Positions 15,601 through 25,300 of a DNA stretch of 55,585 nucleotides are shown here, one piece after another. The DNA comes from an uncultured Planctomycetales bacterium (GTDB lineage Bacteria; Omnitrophota; Gorgyraeia; Aquiviventales; Aquiviventaceae): the NCBI GenBank assembly GCA_964372775.1, contig CAYJRJ010000003.1:1-55585 (forward strand), in the 5' to 3' direction. Positions within the stretch are counted from its first letter, which is position 1, and every line of letters starts with the position of its first letter. The notes under the pieces are model-generated. The model was given only the letters and a program-made list of their open reading frames with translations. It was not told where the DNA came from and did no database searches. The translations under genes and the position numbers were made by a program.

Positions 15601-17589
15601 GCGGTGCACAGTACCCTCCCGTGGACCCGAGGTGGTGAGGTAGAACTGCGTCGTCGCCGACACGAACTCGCCGATCGCCGGAGCACCCGACTGCTGCTTG
15701 GCGACGAAGATCGGGCTGAAGCTCTCGCCGTCTTGCGTTGCGTCGCCGACCTGATCCACCATGACGTTGAGCATCGGGTCCTGATCTTCAGGCGCCTTGG
15801 TCACGTCATAGAGCCGCGAGCCGGGCCGCGGCAGGACTTTGGTGATGACCCACTCGGTCTGGTCGTCCACCAGCGTATGGATGTAGGGCGCGCTGCGCGG
15901 AAAGACAAACCGGTAGGCGGTGCGGTCGGTCTTGCCCGCGAGAATGTCCGCGATGCGCTCGACGACGACAATGTAGCCTGGACCTTCTTGCTCCGCTTCA
16001 TAGGCGAGATTCGCCGCGTTGAACTCGAGGTCTTGCGCAAGCGCCTCGTCGCCCTGCTCTTTGGCCGTTCGGTATTTCTCGTACTCCGCGCGCAGCACCT
16101 TCAACTCATCCTCCCGGATCCCCTCGATCTTCAACTGGTTCTCGATCGCCTCATTGAGCAGGCGCATGATGACCCAGTTGAAGGCCGCCGGGCCGCCGCC
16201 GAGTGCTGCGCTGACGTAGATCGGCTCAGCGCCGCGCTCGTTGAACGCGAACTCGCCAGTGCGGATGCGCAGCGCCTTGGCTCGCTCAGCGTACGGACGT
16301 GGTGTCAGTTTGGTCCCGGGAGTTCGAAACCCATCGATGAACTCCGCTTCGCGAGTCCAGAGCTCTTCAAACGCTTTGGTGAGCCGCGGCCGCTCTCCGG
16401 ACGGGGTGAGATCCACCACCACATCGCTTACCAAATCCACAACGAGTCGATCTACCTCAGGGTTACGCTGGGGGCCGTTGGAGTGCACCTCGAGCAAGAC
16501 GTGAGAGCCAAAGCGCCTGACCAGCGCATCCTTAATCGTGCCTGCTTGGGCCGCCTGGGCAAGACGCGTCTCAATGTTCTTGACCACATACTCCGGCACA
16601 CGGCCGCCCTCAAAGAACCGCCCAAGGCTTATGAGGTATGGCACAAGCTGCACGCGCTTGGCGAGCTTCTCCGCGTTCTTGCGGGCCGCGGTCTTGCGCG
16701 CGGCGATCTGCTCGGCCCGATGCGCCTCGTTCGAGGCCGCCTGCGCTTGCTGGGCCGCTTGGGACTTTTCGAACACGCGCGCGATCGCGCCGTTGACCGC
16801 TTCCGCTACGGAGGAGGGCTCATCGAGATGGAAGCCGCGAATGGCATCGTTGACTTCATGCCGCAGGAGGAACACGAGGGCATCGTGGCCCGTCGGACCC
16901 TCTGCGATCAACCCTTCAATTTGTTCAAGGCTCAGGTACACGCTCTTGGGTCCGAGCACGTTGCGCACCTGTTGTCCCAATCCTGTCACCGCCTCCTGCC
17001 ATCCCTGGAATGCGTGCTGGCCTGAGTAGGCCACCAGCGCCTGGTGGGTGGGGGTGCCGCGGATGCCTTCGGTCACCAGCGCCGGTGTGCCGGGCTCATC
17101 GAGTACGAGAACGAATCGTCCAATTTCGCTGGCCTGGATACTCTCGACGCCGGGGAGATTGGGGGAAACCATGATGGCATTGACGACATGCGAGAGTTGT
17201 CCCTGCGCGCGCGCCAGTCGCTCCTTCAGCGCGCCCTTCTGCGCATCGGAGAGCGCGCGACCGGTGCGGGCTTCATGCCGGCGAGCGTAGTCGGCTACCA
17301 GATCATCGGTTGAGCGGGACCCGGGCCCAATCAGCGGGAACGCCCGGCCTTCGGCGAAGGCGGCGGAGACGATCTCCTTGCCCATGCGCACAAGGTTCGC
17401 TCTGCCAAGTTCGGTGAGGTTGGCGCCCGGAGCGCCCCAGACCCACGCTCCGTCCTCCCGAATCTTCTCGCCGGTGACCCCGCTTTGGCCTGCACCCTCC
17501 GGGCGCATGGCATACGCCGCGGGGGTCAGCTGCGAGAGTGACAGCGCCCAGGCGAGTACTACGGCCACCGGTCGTGTCCACTGGCTCAT
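12691..17589 (-). CDS. Signal-peptide-bearing 1632-aa protein embedding a class V fructose-1,6-bisphosphate aldolase/phosphatase-like domain
   Basis: The ORF track frame is 12691..17643. I place the start at ATG 17589 (MSQWTRPVAVVLAWALSLSQLTPAAYA) because AGGAGG lies 6 nt upstream, and only 19 nt separate it from the stop of the preceding gene. Confidence 0.85.
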   Translation of the reverse strand: MSQWTRPVAVVLAWALSLSQLTPAAYAMRPEGAGQSGVTGEKIREDGAWVWGAPGANLTELGRANLVRMGKEIVSAAFAEGRAFPLIGPGSRSTDDLVADYARRHEARTGRALSDAQKGALKERLARAQGQLSHVVNAIMVSPNLPGVESIQASEIGRFVLVLDEPGTPALVTEGIRGTPTHQALVAYSGQHAFQGWQEAVTGLGQQVRNVLGPKSVYLSLEQIEGLIAEGPTGHDALVFLLRHEVNDAIRGFHLDEPSSVAEAVNGAIARVFEKSQAAQQAQAASNEAHRAEQIAARKTAARKNAEKLAKRVQLVPYLISLGRFFEGGRVPEYVVKNIETRLAQAAQAGTIKDALVRRFGSHVLLEVHSNGPQRNPEVDRLVVDLVSDVVVDLTPSGERPRLTKAFEELWTREAEFIDGFRTPGTKLTPRPYAERAKALRIRTGEFAFNERGAEPIYVSAALGGGPAAFNWVIMRLLNEAIENQLKIEGIREDELKVLRAEYEKYRTAKEQGDEALAQDLEFNAANLAYEAEQEGPGYIVVVERIADILAGKTDRTAYRFVFPRSAPYIHTLVDDQTEWVITKVLPRPGSRLYDVTKAPEDQDPMLNVMVDQVGDATQDGESFSPIFVAKQQSGAPAIGEFVSATTQFYLTTSGPREGTVHRGVIPVTLEEADAGTFADDGLVQMVSYTYQSYDNGRIPHSEVHDQVAISTDVQTTREDERFVHDSLMLLGSFQPAVTAPEATRRAEHTVEAMGPRYHEIPAVTERDTEGKTVVGADGKPIVRIDPILKASNASQVVTVSDLKADIGATGHQLPYKIYRAAFIASLKVAVKQGLIDGFDVAAAGDDNHFILFHKRGVDNAEIHGLAWATFFRAGWVSQRLKYKLYGFMQDLVDPKVVELIKAGKLDVYANLNDDFIKALAEEIQSLPEEAARMGEIRRGYENFKQGKSSGKIVELLLPGNVRGMGIGFAEKTLSAGELGRFPRWSVIANDKGAAGAFNYPAYWATRLSLLLRQAFPGGIPDLAGLSTSLDEEVAKRMPDVPEENRKKFVRDLVDEVWSKHGSDLQHTRELERFLEMIQHGLVFETWDVLPNSRAFIDAETEDAQLLSLLSAANDHNIKRIWTKKRAGWISDLTPEEVAAIDARVEGELSALRPEYEQRKTYLQEEVAAWQADHKKGRSPELLNPWERAILNDPLDTVLEQVRPRLVELYKVAEFLGGDYIASVSTEKLAAVTGGEYVGKDDSVMIAIDPFASLHRAITRVAVRVNIGNARGSHYVAMRPEGRDTAVAVKWSNPIEISIRYAVAQDGTVKADASTGLAVGEDMYAGAAFDAARERVVRFNEMWINSQGGFTPHGPNIDRDIEAAYPARKTRNKIVAKDSPFAVAVSDTTVAAVEQGRLVEQFPDATDYTISPEVAEQAADLANPRWIVVHSSVYAQGPDAAIAQELIQRQLRQVLGNGSKAIHFALVVDGASTPDEAQRKAEALAKAIPSASNGAAKFDLGMFDLVLPAQQQPGELLGLLSAGVAGSIVGSVIGPSAWAQAIKEASPKPEEVAAVAVEPAKETGQIASAAPAIVAGVEAAAAGGKLNPKLAAQLKLLQEGDLVVPQNLDIKPETEAEVRSYQTTIAAATSGV
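13489..15201 (-). other. FBP aldolase/phosphatase (archaeal-type class V FBPase) homology region with two large insertions (track aa ~815-1385)
   Basis: Compared from memory with the Sulfolobus enzyme: VSDLKADIGATGH / VIKADIGSLAGHH; AAGDDNHFILFHKRG / HVGDDLQLIMTHTRG; LPGNVRGMGIGFAE / FSGNVRGLGPGVAE; VIANDKGAAGAFNYP / FMADKTEPGAYNLP; GGEYVGKDDSVMI / AGKYVGKDDPVMI; ARGSHYVAMRP / MRGSHYGPLMP. Confidence 0.65.
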
Positions 17590-17608
17590 CGAAAACCTCC
17601 TGTTGGTT

Positions 17609-19192
17609 TCATTGTTGATTGGCGATCGCCATGACCTCATCAAAGCTGCCGAGGCCGCTCTTGTATTTGACCACGGCGTGATAGAGTCGTTCGTCAGTCG
17701 GGGTGCTGATCTTCGGCGTCACGACGACCGCCCCGACTCCGCGATCCTTGAGCAGCTGGGTAATCCGGGGCCCATGAAAGCCGCCGGTGATGAGGACCGC
17801 GAGGGGCTCGCCGGTCTCCTGCAGTTTCTTCAGGGTGTTGTTCACGAGCGCCGCATCGCGCTGCTGCGCCACGTCATAGAAGCGCTGGACCGCGCGCAAG
17901 GCTGAGGCGAGTTCTGACAATCCTGTAAATGGCTTGGGGGATAGGCCGTGGTGGGCGAGCTGAGCCTGGAAGAACGTCTCCCAGCCGCTGATGGTCGAGG
18001 ACCAGTCGAGTGTGGCCTGCCGCTCGTACTCCGCAGGCGAGAGCTGGAAATCCAGCAGCTTCTCGACCAGATCAACGTCCTGCTGAATCCGCGTCAGCGC
18101 CTGGCTCTCCGATGTCACGCTCAGCGCGTCCCGCAACTGCGCTGAGGCGGCGTCGAGCTCATCGGCCAGGTCAGTCGCGACGATCGCGTCGCTGGCAGCG
18201 AGGTAGCGCGTGTACCGGCTCAGCGCGGGGTAGGCGGCGAGATCGATGCGGGAGGTTGCGGCCAGTTCTTCGAGCAGCGTGTAGAACTCCACCGGCTTTG
18301 CGGTGCCCTGCTTCATCGCAGCACTCGTGGCCACCAGCCGCTCTAGGTCCGCCTCGCCGGCCTGCTCACTGAGCTGACCAATGAGGCGCTGTTGCTGTGC
18401 GCGCGCTTCTTCCACATTGATCTCCGATTCGAGACGGTGGACCTCAAGAAACCGCTGCAGATGGGGATAGCGCTCCAACGCGCTGCCTGCGCGCTCGGCG
18501 AAGGCGGCGAGCGCCTGCGCATAGTCGGCCAAGTCCAGTTCGTGCGCCTCAAACGCCTTGGCCTTCGCAGCGAGCTCCACCGCCGCCGGGTTCATCAGCC
18601 GAGACTCGAGCTCCTGGCACGATGCCAGGATGCTCTCCAGTAGAGGGCGGGCCGAGGCTCTGATCGACTCGGTCTCGAGAAACACCTTGACGTTCGCATC
18701 GTACAAGGCGCGCTGCTCCACGCCCCAGAGGATGAGCGGGTCATCCGAGACGATGTCCAGATACTCTTCCGCGCTGATGATGCCGGCCTTCAGATATTTC
18801 TCGGCCACCTGCCGGCGATTCTCCGGCGGGCCGTATTTGCGCAGATAGGTCAAACTCGCGTCGCCTTCACTGCCTTCAACCAGGATCAGCTTGAGGCCGT
18901 GGTGCGCAATGAGCTCTTCGAGGATCGTGATGATGTGCTGCTGGCCTTCGTAATTGGTGTGGGCTTCCTGGATGTGGACGACGATCTGGGGGTGCGAGGC
19001 GGCAGCGGCGTTCGGTTCGTGGGTCTCAAGGATGTAGCCGGCTTCTGACGGGATTCGAATATCGGCGGCGCGGGAGACTTCTGAGGATCTCAGGGAAGAT
19101 GCGGGGGATTGCGCGTAAGAAAGCGCTACCTTGCCGGCGCAAATAAAAATGGCCGACCAGGCCAACATACGTAGACGAGCCCCTTTCCCCAT
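17609..19192 (-). CDS. Signal-anchored 527-aa hypothetical protein; possibly TraB/Tiki/ChaN-like (GxxH) fold
   Basis: The ORF track frame is 17609..19369. I place the start at ATG 19192 (MGKGARLRMLAWSAIFICAGKVALSYAQSP) with AGGAGG 9 nt upstream, because the track's upstream 59 codons lie in an AT-rich promoter region. Motifs IVVHIQEAH...LILVEGS and LAVLITGGFHGPRI resemble the TraB/Tiki family, a weak call. Confidence 0.75.
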   Translation of the reverse strand: MGKGARLRMLAWSAIFICAGKVALSYAQSPASSLRSSEVSRAADIRIPSEAGYILETHEPNAAAASHPQIVVHIQEAHTNYEGQQHIITILEELIAHHGLKLILVEGSEGDASLTYLRKYGPPENRRQVAEKYLKAGIISAEEYLDIVSDDPLILWGVEQRALYDANVKVFLETESIRASARPLLESILASCQELESRLMNPAAVELAAKAKAFEAHELDLADYAQALAAFAERAGSALERYPHLQRFLEVHRLESEINVEEARAQQQRLIGQLSEQAGEADLERLVATSAAMKQGTAKPVEFYTLLEELAATSRIDLAAYPALSRYTRYLAASDAIVATDLADELDAASAQLRDALSVTSESQALTRIQQDVDLVEKLLDFQLSPAEYERQATLDWSSTISGWETFFQAQLAHHGLSPKPFTGLSELASALRAVQRFYDVAQQRDAALVNNTLKKLQETGEPLAVLITGGFHGPRITQLLKDRGVGAVVVTPKISTPTDERLYHAVVKYKSGLGSFDEVMAIANQQ

Positions 19193-19253
19193 ACGCTGGA
19201 ACCTCCTACAGCTCAACGTGTCAACCGTTCCTTCGCGTTGGAACAGTGACCAT

Positions 19254-19282
19254 AATATAGATGATTTGAAAGACTTTGTCAA
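19254..19282 (-). promoter_or_regulatory. Sigma70-type promoter TTGACA-17-TATATT for the 19.2-9.0 kb operon
   Basis: On the minus strand the -35 TTGACA is at 19282-19277 and the -10 TATATT at 19259-19254, with a 17-nt spacer. It sits inside the only strongly AT-rich island of this region (19193-19325), about 60 nt upstream of ATG 19192. Confidence 0.6.
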
Positions 19283-19325
19283 GCAATTTACTATTACAGT
19301 TGTTACCATATTTACTCCTTTGATC

Positions 19326-22300
19326 TCAAATGCCTCGCTGGACAGCACGAACGGATTGCACGATCCCATTCAGTCGAGTGGAGTTAGGCATACTCGCTTC
19401 CTGGCGGCGCCACTCCATCCACTGCAGCACCAGGCTTGCCGCCGTCATGACGAGCGCAGCACCCCAACTCCAGACGCTCTGCGCCGCACCCAGCAGCGCG
19501 TCATTGAGCCACACCACAGCCGGCACCCGCAGCTGCATGACGGACACCACCGGTGTTGTGCGCATCCCCGAGAGCGCGTAGTTGCGCAGCGCAATCCCCA
19601 CACCGCCCAATACACTCGCGGCGCCCAGCAGCGCTGCCGCCGGCACGCTCCAGCCGCCGAGCGCGACAGGCGCGTGCCACGCGAGCGATGGCAGGCTCAC
19701 CCCGTAACCTGCCGCCGCGCCGATCGCCATCCATACGCCCACGCCCAGCAGCGCCGCAATCAGCGCCCAGAAGTGGACCAACCAGCTGCCTACCCTGGCA
19801 GGATAGCGGCCGTCCTGATGCTGCACGCGGTTGAGCGCCACCACATTCCAAGTCGTTAGCAACACCGCCAGCGTTGCCAATCCGGCGCCCAGCCAAGTCT
19901 CCAGATTCCACAGGGGCCATTCCATGCTGTGCAGCCAGATCGTCCCGACCAGACCCGCGAGCGCGGCTGCGATCTCCGCCGCGTGCCGCCGGCTGAGCTT
20001 GCCGGAGAGGGCATGACGCGCCGCAAAGTACAACGCCGCCAGCGGCACCTGCGCTCCCAGAATCGTAAAGGTCAGGGCCGGGTCAACGAAGCTCAGCGAC
20101 CACGCCACGAGCGGGCCGGCGAGGGCCATATTCATGGCCAGTATCCACTGGTCTCTCAGGCGCACGCGGGTGAGCATGGCCAGGGCGGTCTGCGTGAACC
20201 GGCGCGGCGAGTAGGCGCTCGAGGCCGTCCAGAACAGCGGCATGACCACGACATTCAGCGCCAGATAGAGCACGTGCGCCGGCGCCCACCCGAAGACCTC
20301 GACCAGCGGCTTCCAGATCACCGCTTCCACGGCGCCGATGGCCACGCGCGCCAGCGCCGCCGCCACACCCTGCCAATAGGTCGCCCGCGCGGGACGCGCC
20401 AACGGCGCTGCCACTCGGTCGTCCGTCATTTTCAGCTCAACCGTGCTGGATCGCTCGACGGTCAAGGGACGCGTCGGATCAAACGCGCCGAGCCGATCGT
20501 GCAGCCGGTGGCCGTCCACCCAGACCTCGAGTGCCCCCAGATCCCGGCCCTGAGCCATGGCGTGCGCGAGCTGATCGCCCAGCGAGAGAATCAGCGAGTC
20601 GTGGATGGCCTGCGCATGCGTGAGCCCCTGCACTACAATGCTGATGGCCCCGTCGGCCAGCGGCCGGCCATCGGTGCCAAGGCCGCGCGCGAGCGCCGGG
20701 TTCACGATGCCGTCCGAATCGATCTCAGCGAACCAGCCTCCCATGCGCTCCATGCGCAATCCCTCCCGGACATTACCCGAGGCGCTGGTCGTTGAGATGA
20801 AGACCAGGGGCCGCGCCGCGCCGGCCGGCGCGTGCCGAAGCTGAGCTTGGAGCCGGCTCACAAACGCCCGGCCGCGCCATGTCGGCAACAACTGCTCCAG
20901 CAGAAAGAGACGGCCCAGGAAGAGCCAACGCAGGGCCCGCTGCAGCCGCACCCATCGCGCGGCTCCTTTGGTCAGTTGCAGTGCGGCATTGATGAGCAGC
21001 AGCCCGTCCGGCTGGCTCGGCCCGCCGTTGGCCCAGTGGCGCAGTGCCAGCATTCCTCCGACGCTGCTGGCCACCATGATCACGCGGCCCGGGCGCTGCG
21101 CGCGCAGATGCGCGATCACATCCGCGACGCCGCGCTGCACCAGCGTCTCAACCGGCCGATGCAGGCCGCGCCGAATGTGGTGCAGATCCACAAGCTCCAC
21201 GCTGGCCACGCGCAGTCGGCTGGAGAGCTGGCGCGCGACACCCTGCATCCAGTAGACATCCACCTGGCGCCGCCCGAACGATGCCTGGAGCTTGCTCAGC
21301 AGAAACTGCTGCAGCTCCATCATGACCATGCCGGGCAGCATGACGACGGTGACATCCGGCACCTCGGGAGCATCGGGCCCACCGATGAAGATCTGCTGGC
21401 CGGCCGGCGTGACGTCCTCGAGGAGACGGCTGGACGGCGACTCGATGGAGAGATCCTCTCCTGCCACCACGCTCCAGAATTGGCGCCAGCTGCTTCCAGG
21501 GTCGCTGACCAGCCAGGCGAGCGCCATCGCTGAAATACCCAGCACCAGCAGCGGCCATCCAGTCGCGCCAGCAAGGCTCAAGCCGATGCCGGAGATGGCG
21601 ACGATCGCTCCCGTGATGATCATGAAACTCGGCCAGCGGGCCAGCGCTGCCCGCAGCGAGCGGAGCAGATTCGGGAGAAAGGTGATGAGCATCCCCACCG
21701 GCGCGGCGAGGGCCAGCTGGCTGAAGGCTGAAGGCTCAAGGCTGAAGGCTAACCCGGGGCCAAAAATGGTATCAGATACCATTTTTCCGGAGCCATCGCC
21801 GGCCAGCGCGGGGGCGGCCAAGACGAGGATCAACAGCAGGACAACGGGAAGAAGCCCGGCCACTCGGAGCGCCTTGCGCAACTGCCGGATCCGCTGCGGG
21901 CTGACGCCAAACATCTTGGCGTGCCGCGCCGATGTCCATGTCGGATGGTTCCGCATCTGATCCAGCAGGACGTCACGATCAACTTTTTGCGCTGGGCCCT
22001 TCGAGGAATACGGAATGCCATGGCGGAGCATCCACCGCCGCATAGTGGACTGGCTCACCTGATAGCTGTCCGCGAGCCGTTTCTGTGTCGCATCGGGATC
22101 AGCGTCAACACGAGCCCTGAGCTCCTCGCCGGACGGCCGCACGCGCGGCCGTCCAGAGAGCCACCGGGCGGCTGCGAGGACGATGAGCAGCGGCAGCGTG
22201 GGAGGCCCGCCGAAGCGATACCACGCCATGGCCCGCAGGAATCCCGCATGGAGGAGTCCGGTCATCAGGAGGAGAGGGTTGCCGGCGCCCCGCTCCGAGT

Positions 22301-25300
22301 CGGTGCGCAGTCCGAACCGCGCGTCCTTGATGACGGCCCGCACCTCCTGCAGGATGACGGAGGCCCCCATCCCGGCCTGCGCATAGGCCAGCGCATCCGC
22401 AATCACCGGCCGCTGGCGCACCGCAATTTCGCGCAGGCGCCCCGCTACCTGGCGCATCCGCGCGGGATGCATCCAAATGATTCGATCCTCCGCATCGTGG
22501 ATGCGCAGCAGAACGCCCTCGGGCGAGAGCCAGAGCCGATGGGCGTCATCCGCTTCCACCTCCTCGTCCCGCAGCAAGCGCTTCACCCGTACCGGCAGAA
22601 GCACGGAAAAATCCTCTCTGCGAGTGAGCCATAGCGTGCCAGCCTCCGCACGAACGCGCGCCGCGGCCTGCGCCCCGGGCCGGTAAGCCCGCCCGTCCCA
22701 TTCGATCCACTCGCCAGCCACCAGGACGTGGCGATCATCGAGCGGCTGATCGAGCGCGCGCCGCGCGGCGGATGGCGCCGGGTCGTCCACCAGACGCGAG
22801 ACCTGCGTAACCGCATGCCCCTTGGGCAAGCCGGGGGTCTTTTTCTGATACGGCAGCTGGTGCGCTTTAATCGTCAGCGCAACCGTGCCTTCGGTGCACC
22901 CCAACGCTTCGCCCAGCTGCTTTTGGGTCCATTCGGGATGCGCCGCGATCAGGCGCCGAAGCGCCTCAGGGTCAATGCGGCTGCGGCCGCGAAAATCCTG
23001 CCCGTCCCGTTTGGCCGCGCCGGGGCCTTCGCCGGTGCCCGGGCCTTTTTGCCCCACCGCGAGAAGGGCATCCGGCAACCGCGGGAACTCCAGGACCTCC
23101 GCGCGCGCTCGGGACCACCGCTGCTTGATGGCATGGCGGATCTTCCGGATGCGCGCGCGGCGCAGCGCGGCGAGCAGGGGCCCGAGCACGATCGCGCTTA
23201 CTGATGGCGCAACGGGCGCGCGCGACTGGGGCTCCCCCGGACGCTGCGGGGGCGCAGGCAGACGCTCCAACGCCCACGCCGCAGCCTGCAACCTGCGCCG
23301 CACCATATCGAAGACCATCTCCAGGGCGGCTACGCCCGGCTTCCAGGTGGTCAGGAACCGGATTCCCTCATCCAACTGCTCATGAATGCGTTCCGGCAGC
23401 TGCGGCCGCACCTCGCGCAGCCAGAAGAGCAGCGCATCGCGCTTTTCCACCTCCGTCATGGAGGCGTCGCGGAAAATTTCATCGATGTCGTCCGCGATTT
23501 TGCGCAGCACCCAAATCGGGGAGGCCTTGGCGTCATATGCCTGATGCTGCTCCCAGCCCTGCTCCGCGGGACCGGTTTCCCGCGCCGGAGCCTCGGGAGC
23601 AACTCCCAAGCTCAGCGCGCCGGTGAGCAACAGGGCCGCGAGGAACGAGCGGAACCAGCGGGTCCATTCGTGGACGAGGTAACGAATCGCACCCGGGATG
23701 CCTCCCAAGAGTCGCGCCGCGAAGGCTCCCGCATCCATGAGGACGACCAAGGGAGTGGTCAGGTGATACAGCACCCGACGCAGCAGGGGATGCTTTTGGA
23801 TCGCTTCGATCAGGGTGAGTCCTGGATGGGCGCGGACCCAGAAGACGAGCCCGGCCAGCGCAAGGGTGCCGCCGCCAAGGAGTCCGAGGCCGAGCTGCCA
23901 GTGACCGAGCTCGGCGGCGGCCATCGCGGCCAGGTACGGCAGGATGTGCAGCGCAACATTCCAGCCTTCAGAGGAAACGCCGGCCGCGTGGAGGCTTTCG
24001 TGCGGAAGGACCACGAGCCAGTGGACGAGCGGATGATACGCGCCAAGCCGTGGAGGCCCGCGGATCGTGCGCGTGGATGGATCATACATCGACAGCCATG
24101 TCACGAGCTCATCCGACACGATCCCCACCGGCACCTCGCGCTTGCGGCCATCACGCTGCAGCACCATCCCGCGTGCGTCGATCCATCGGCCCAGCCGCGT
24201 ATGCGACCAGCGAGTGAGCAGCCACTGATTCACTCGCGCGCCCTCCGTACTCGCGGCGCGGCCTACGACCATGGCAAGTTTCCGCTCATCCTTTGCCATC
24301 TGCGCCGCCACACTCAGCAGCCATACCTCGAGCGCGTATCCGCCGATCACCAGCCCGCCCAACACCAGCGCGCTATCCATCGGCGGCCGGCCCCAGAGCC
24401 ACAGCAGACCGAGCGCCCAGACGAACACGATGGCGCGCGCCCCCTGAATCGCCCCGGCCAGGCTCGCTACCACGCGGCTGGTGATGGGCTGCGGCTTGCC
24501 GGGGCCGTTCATGCGCACGCCCTCATACCACTCGAGCGCTACGGTGAGCTGGGTTCGCATCGCCTTGACCAGCTCCAGGGCACGCGTGCGACTCCCATCG
24601 GTGTCGCCGTGAAAGAGGTGAGCCCAGTTCAGACGTCCGTTGTGCTCAAGCGCCACGGTGAGGCGCTTGGTAGATTTCTGAACCGATCGGAGCACCGTGG
24701 CGGTCTTACCGGTCAGGCTGTTCTGCGTGTGGTTCGGCACAGACTCGACCAACGCTTGAAACCGCTCCGTCAAGCGCCGGAGCTCTCGGTTGGCCGTCTC
24801 CAGCGTCTCCCAGAAGAGCTCTTCGTCTTGATCCCCATCCTCCCGGGCGCTGCGAATCATCTCCTGGAGAATGGTGAGCCGGTTGCCCACCAAATCACCC
24901 CACGCCTTCTGGTGGAGCGCAAATCTCGCGTCGTGGCTTTCCTCGCCTTCCAGGATCCCATCATCCGTCGGCGCGCTGATGCTGTGGCCTGGCCCTCTCA
25001 CCAGGCCGCGTTGCCCGTTGCGGCCGTTGGCAGGAGCTGATTCGGCCGCGGCAGGCGCCGCGTCCTCGATGACGTCGGGCACATGCATGGTCGCACGCTG
25101 CGCATCGGTCAGGACCATCCCGCGCTCGCGCGCCAGACGCCCAACGGCCCGGCCGATCCGATCAAGCCGGCGGTAAATGGCCTGATGCGTAATCGGGGTG
25201 CGCTTGGCGAGCTGCGGCACGCTTTGGTCGGGATGCTGCAGCCAGAGCTCGGCGATCGCGTCATCCTCAATGGTCGGCGGCCGGTATGTCTTCGCCACGT

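Noticed and set aside
17590-17643. N-terminal extensions given by the ORF track for the 12691..17643 and 17609..19369 frames
   Set aside because: The downstream ATGs (17589 and 19192) have AGGAGG at proper spacing and begin with signal-peptide-like sequence. The extensions overlap the preceding gene or run through the AT-rich promoter island.
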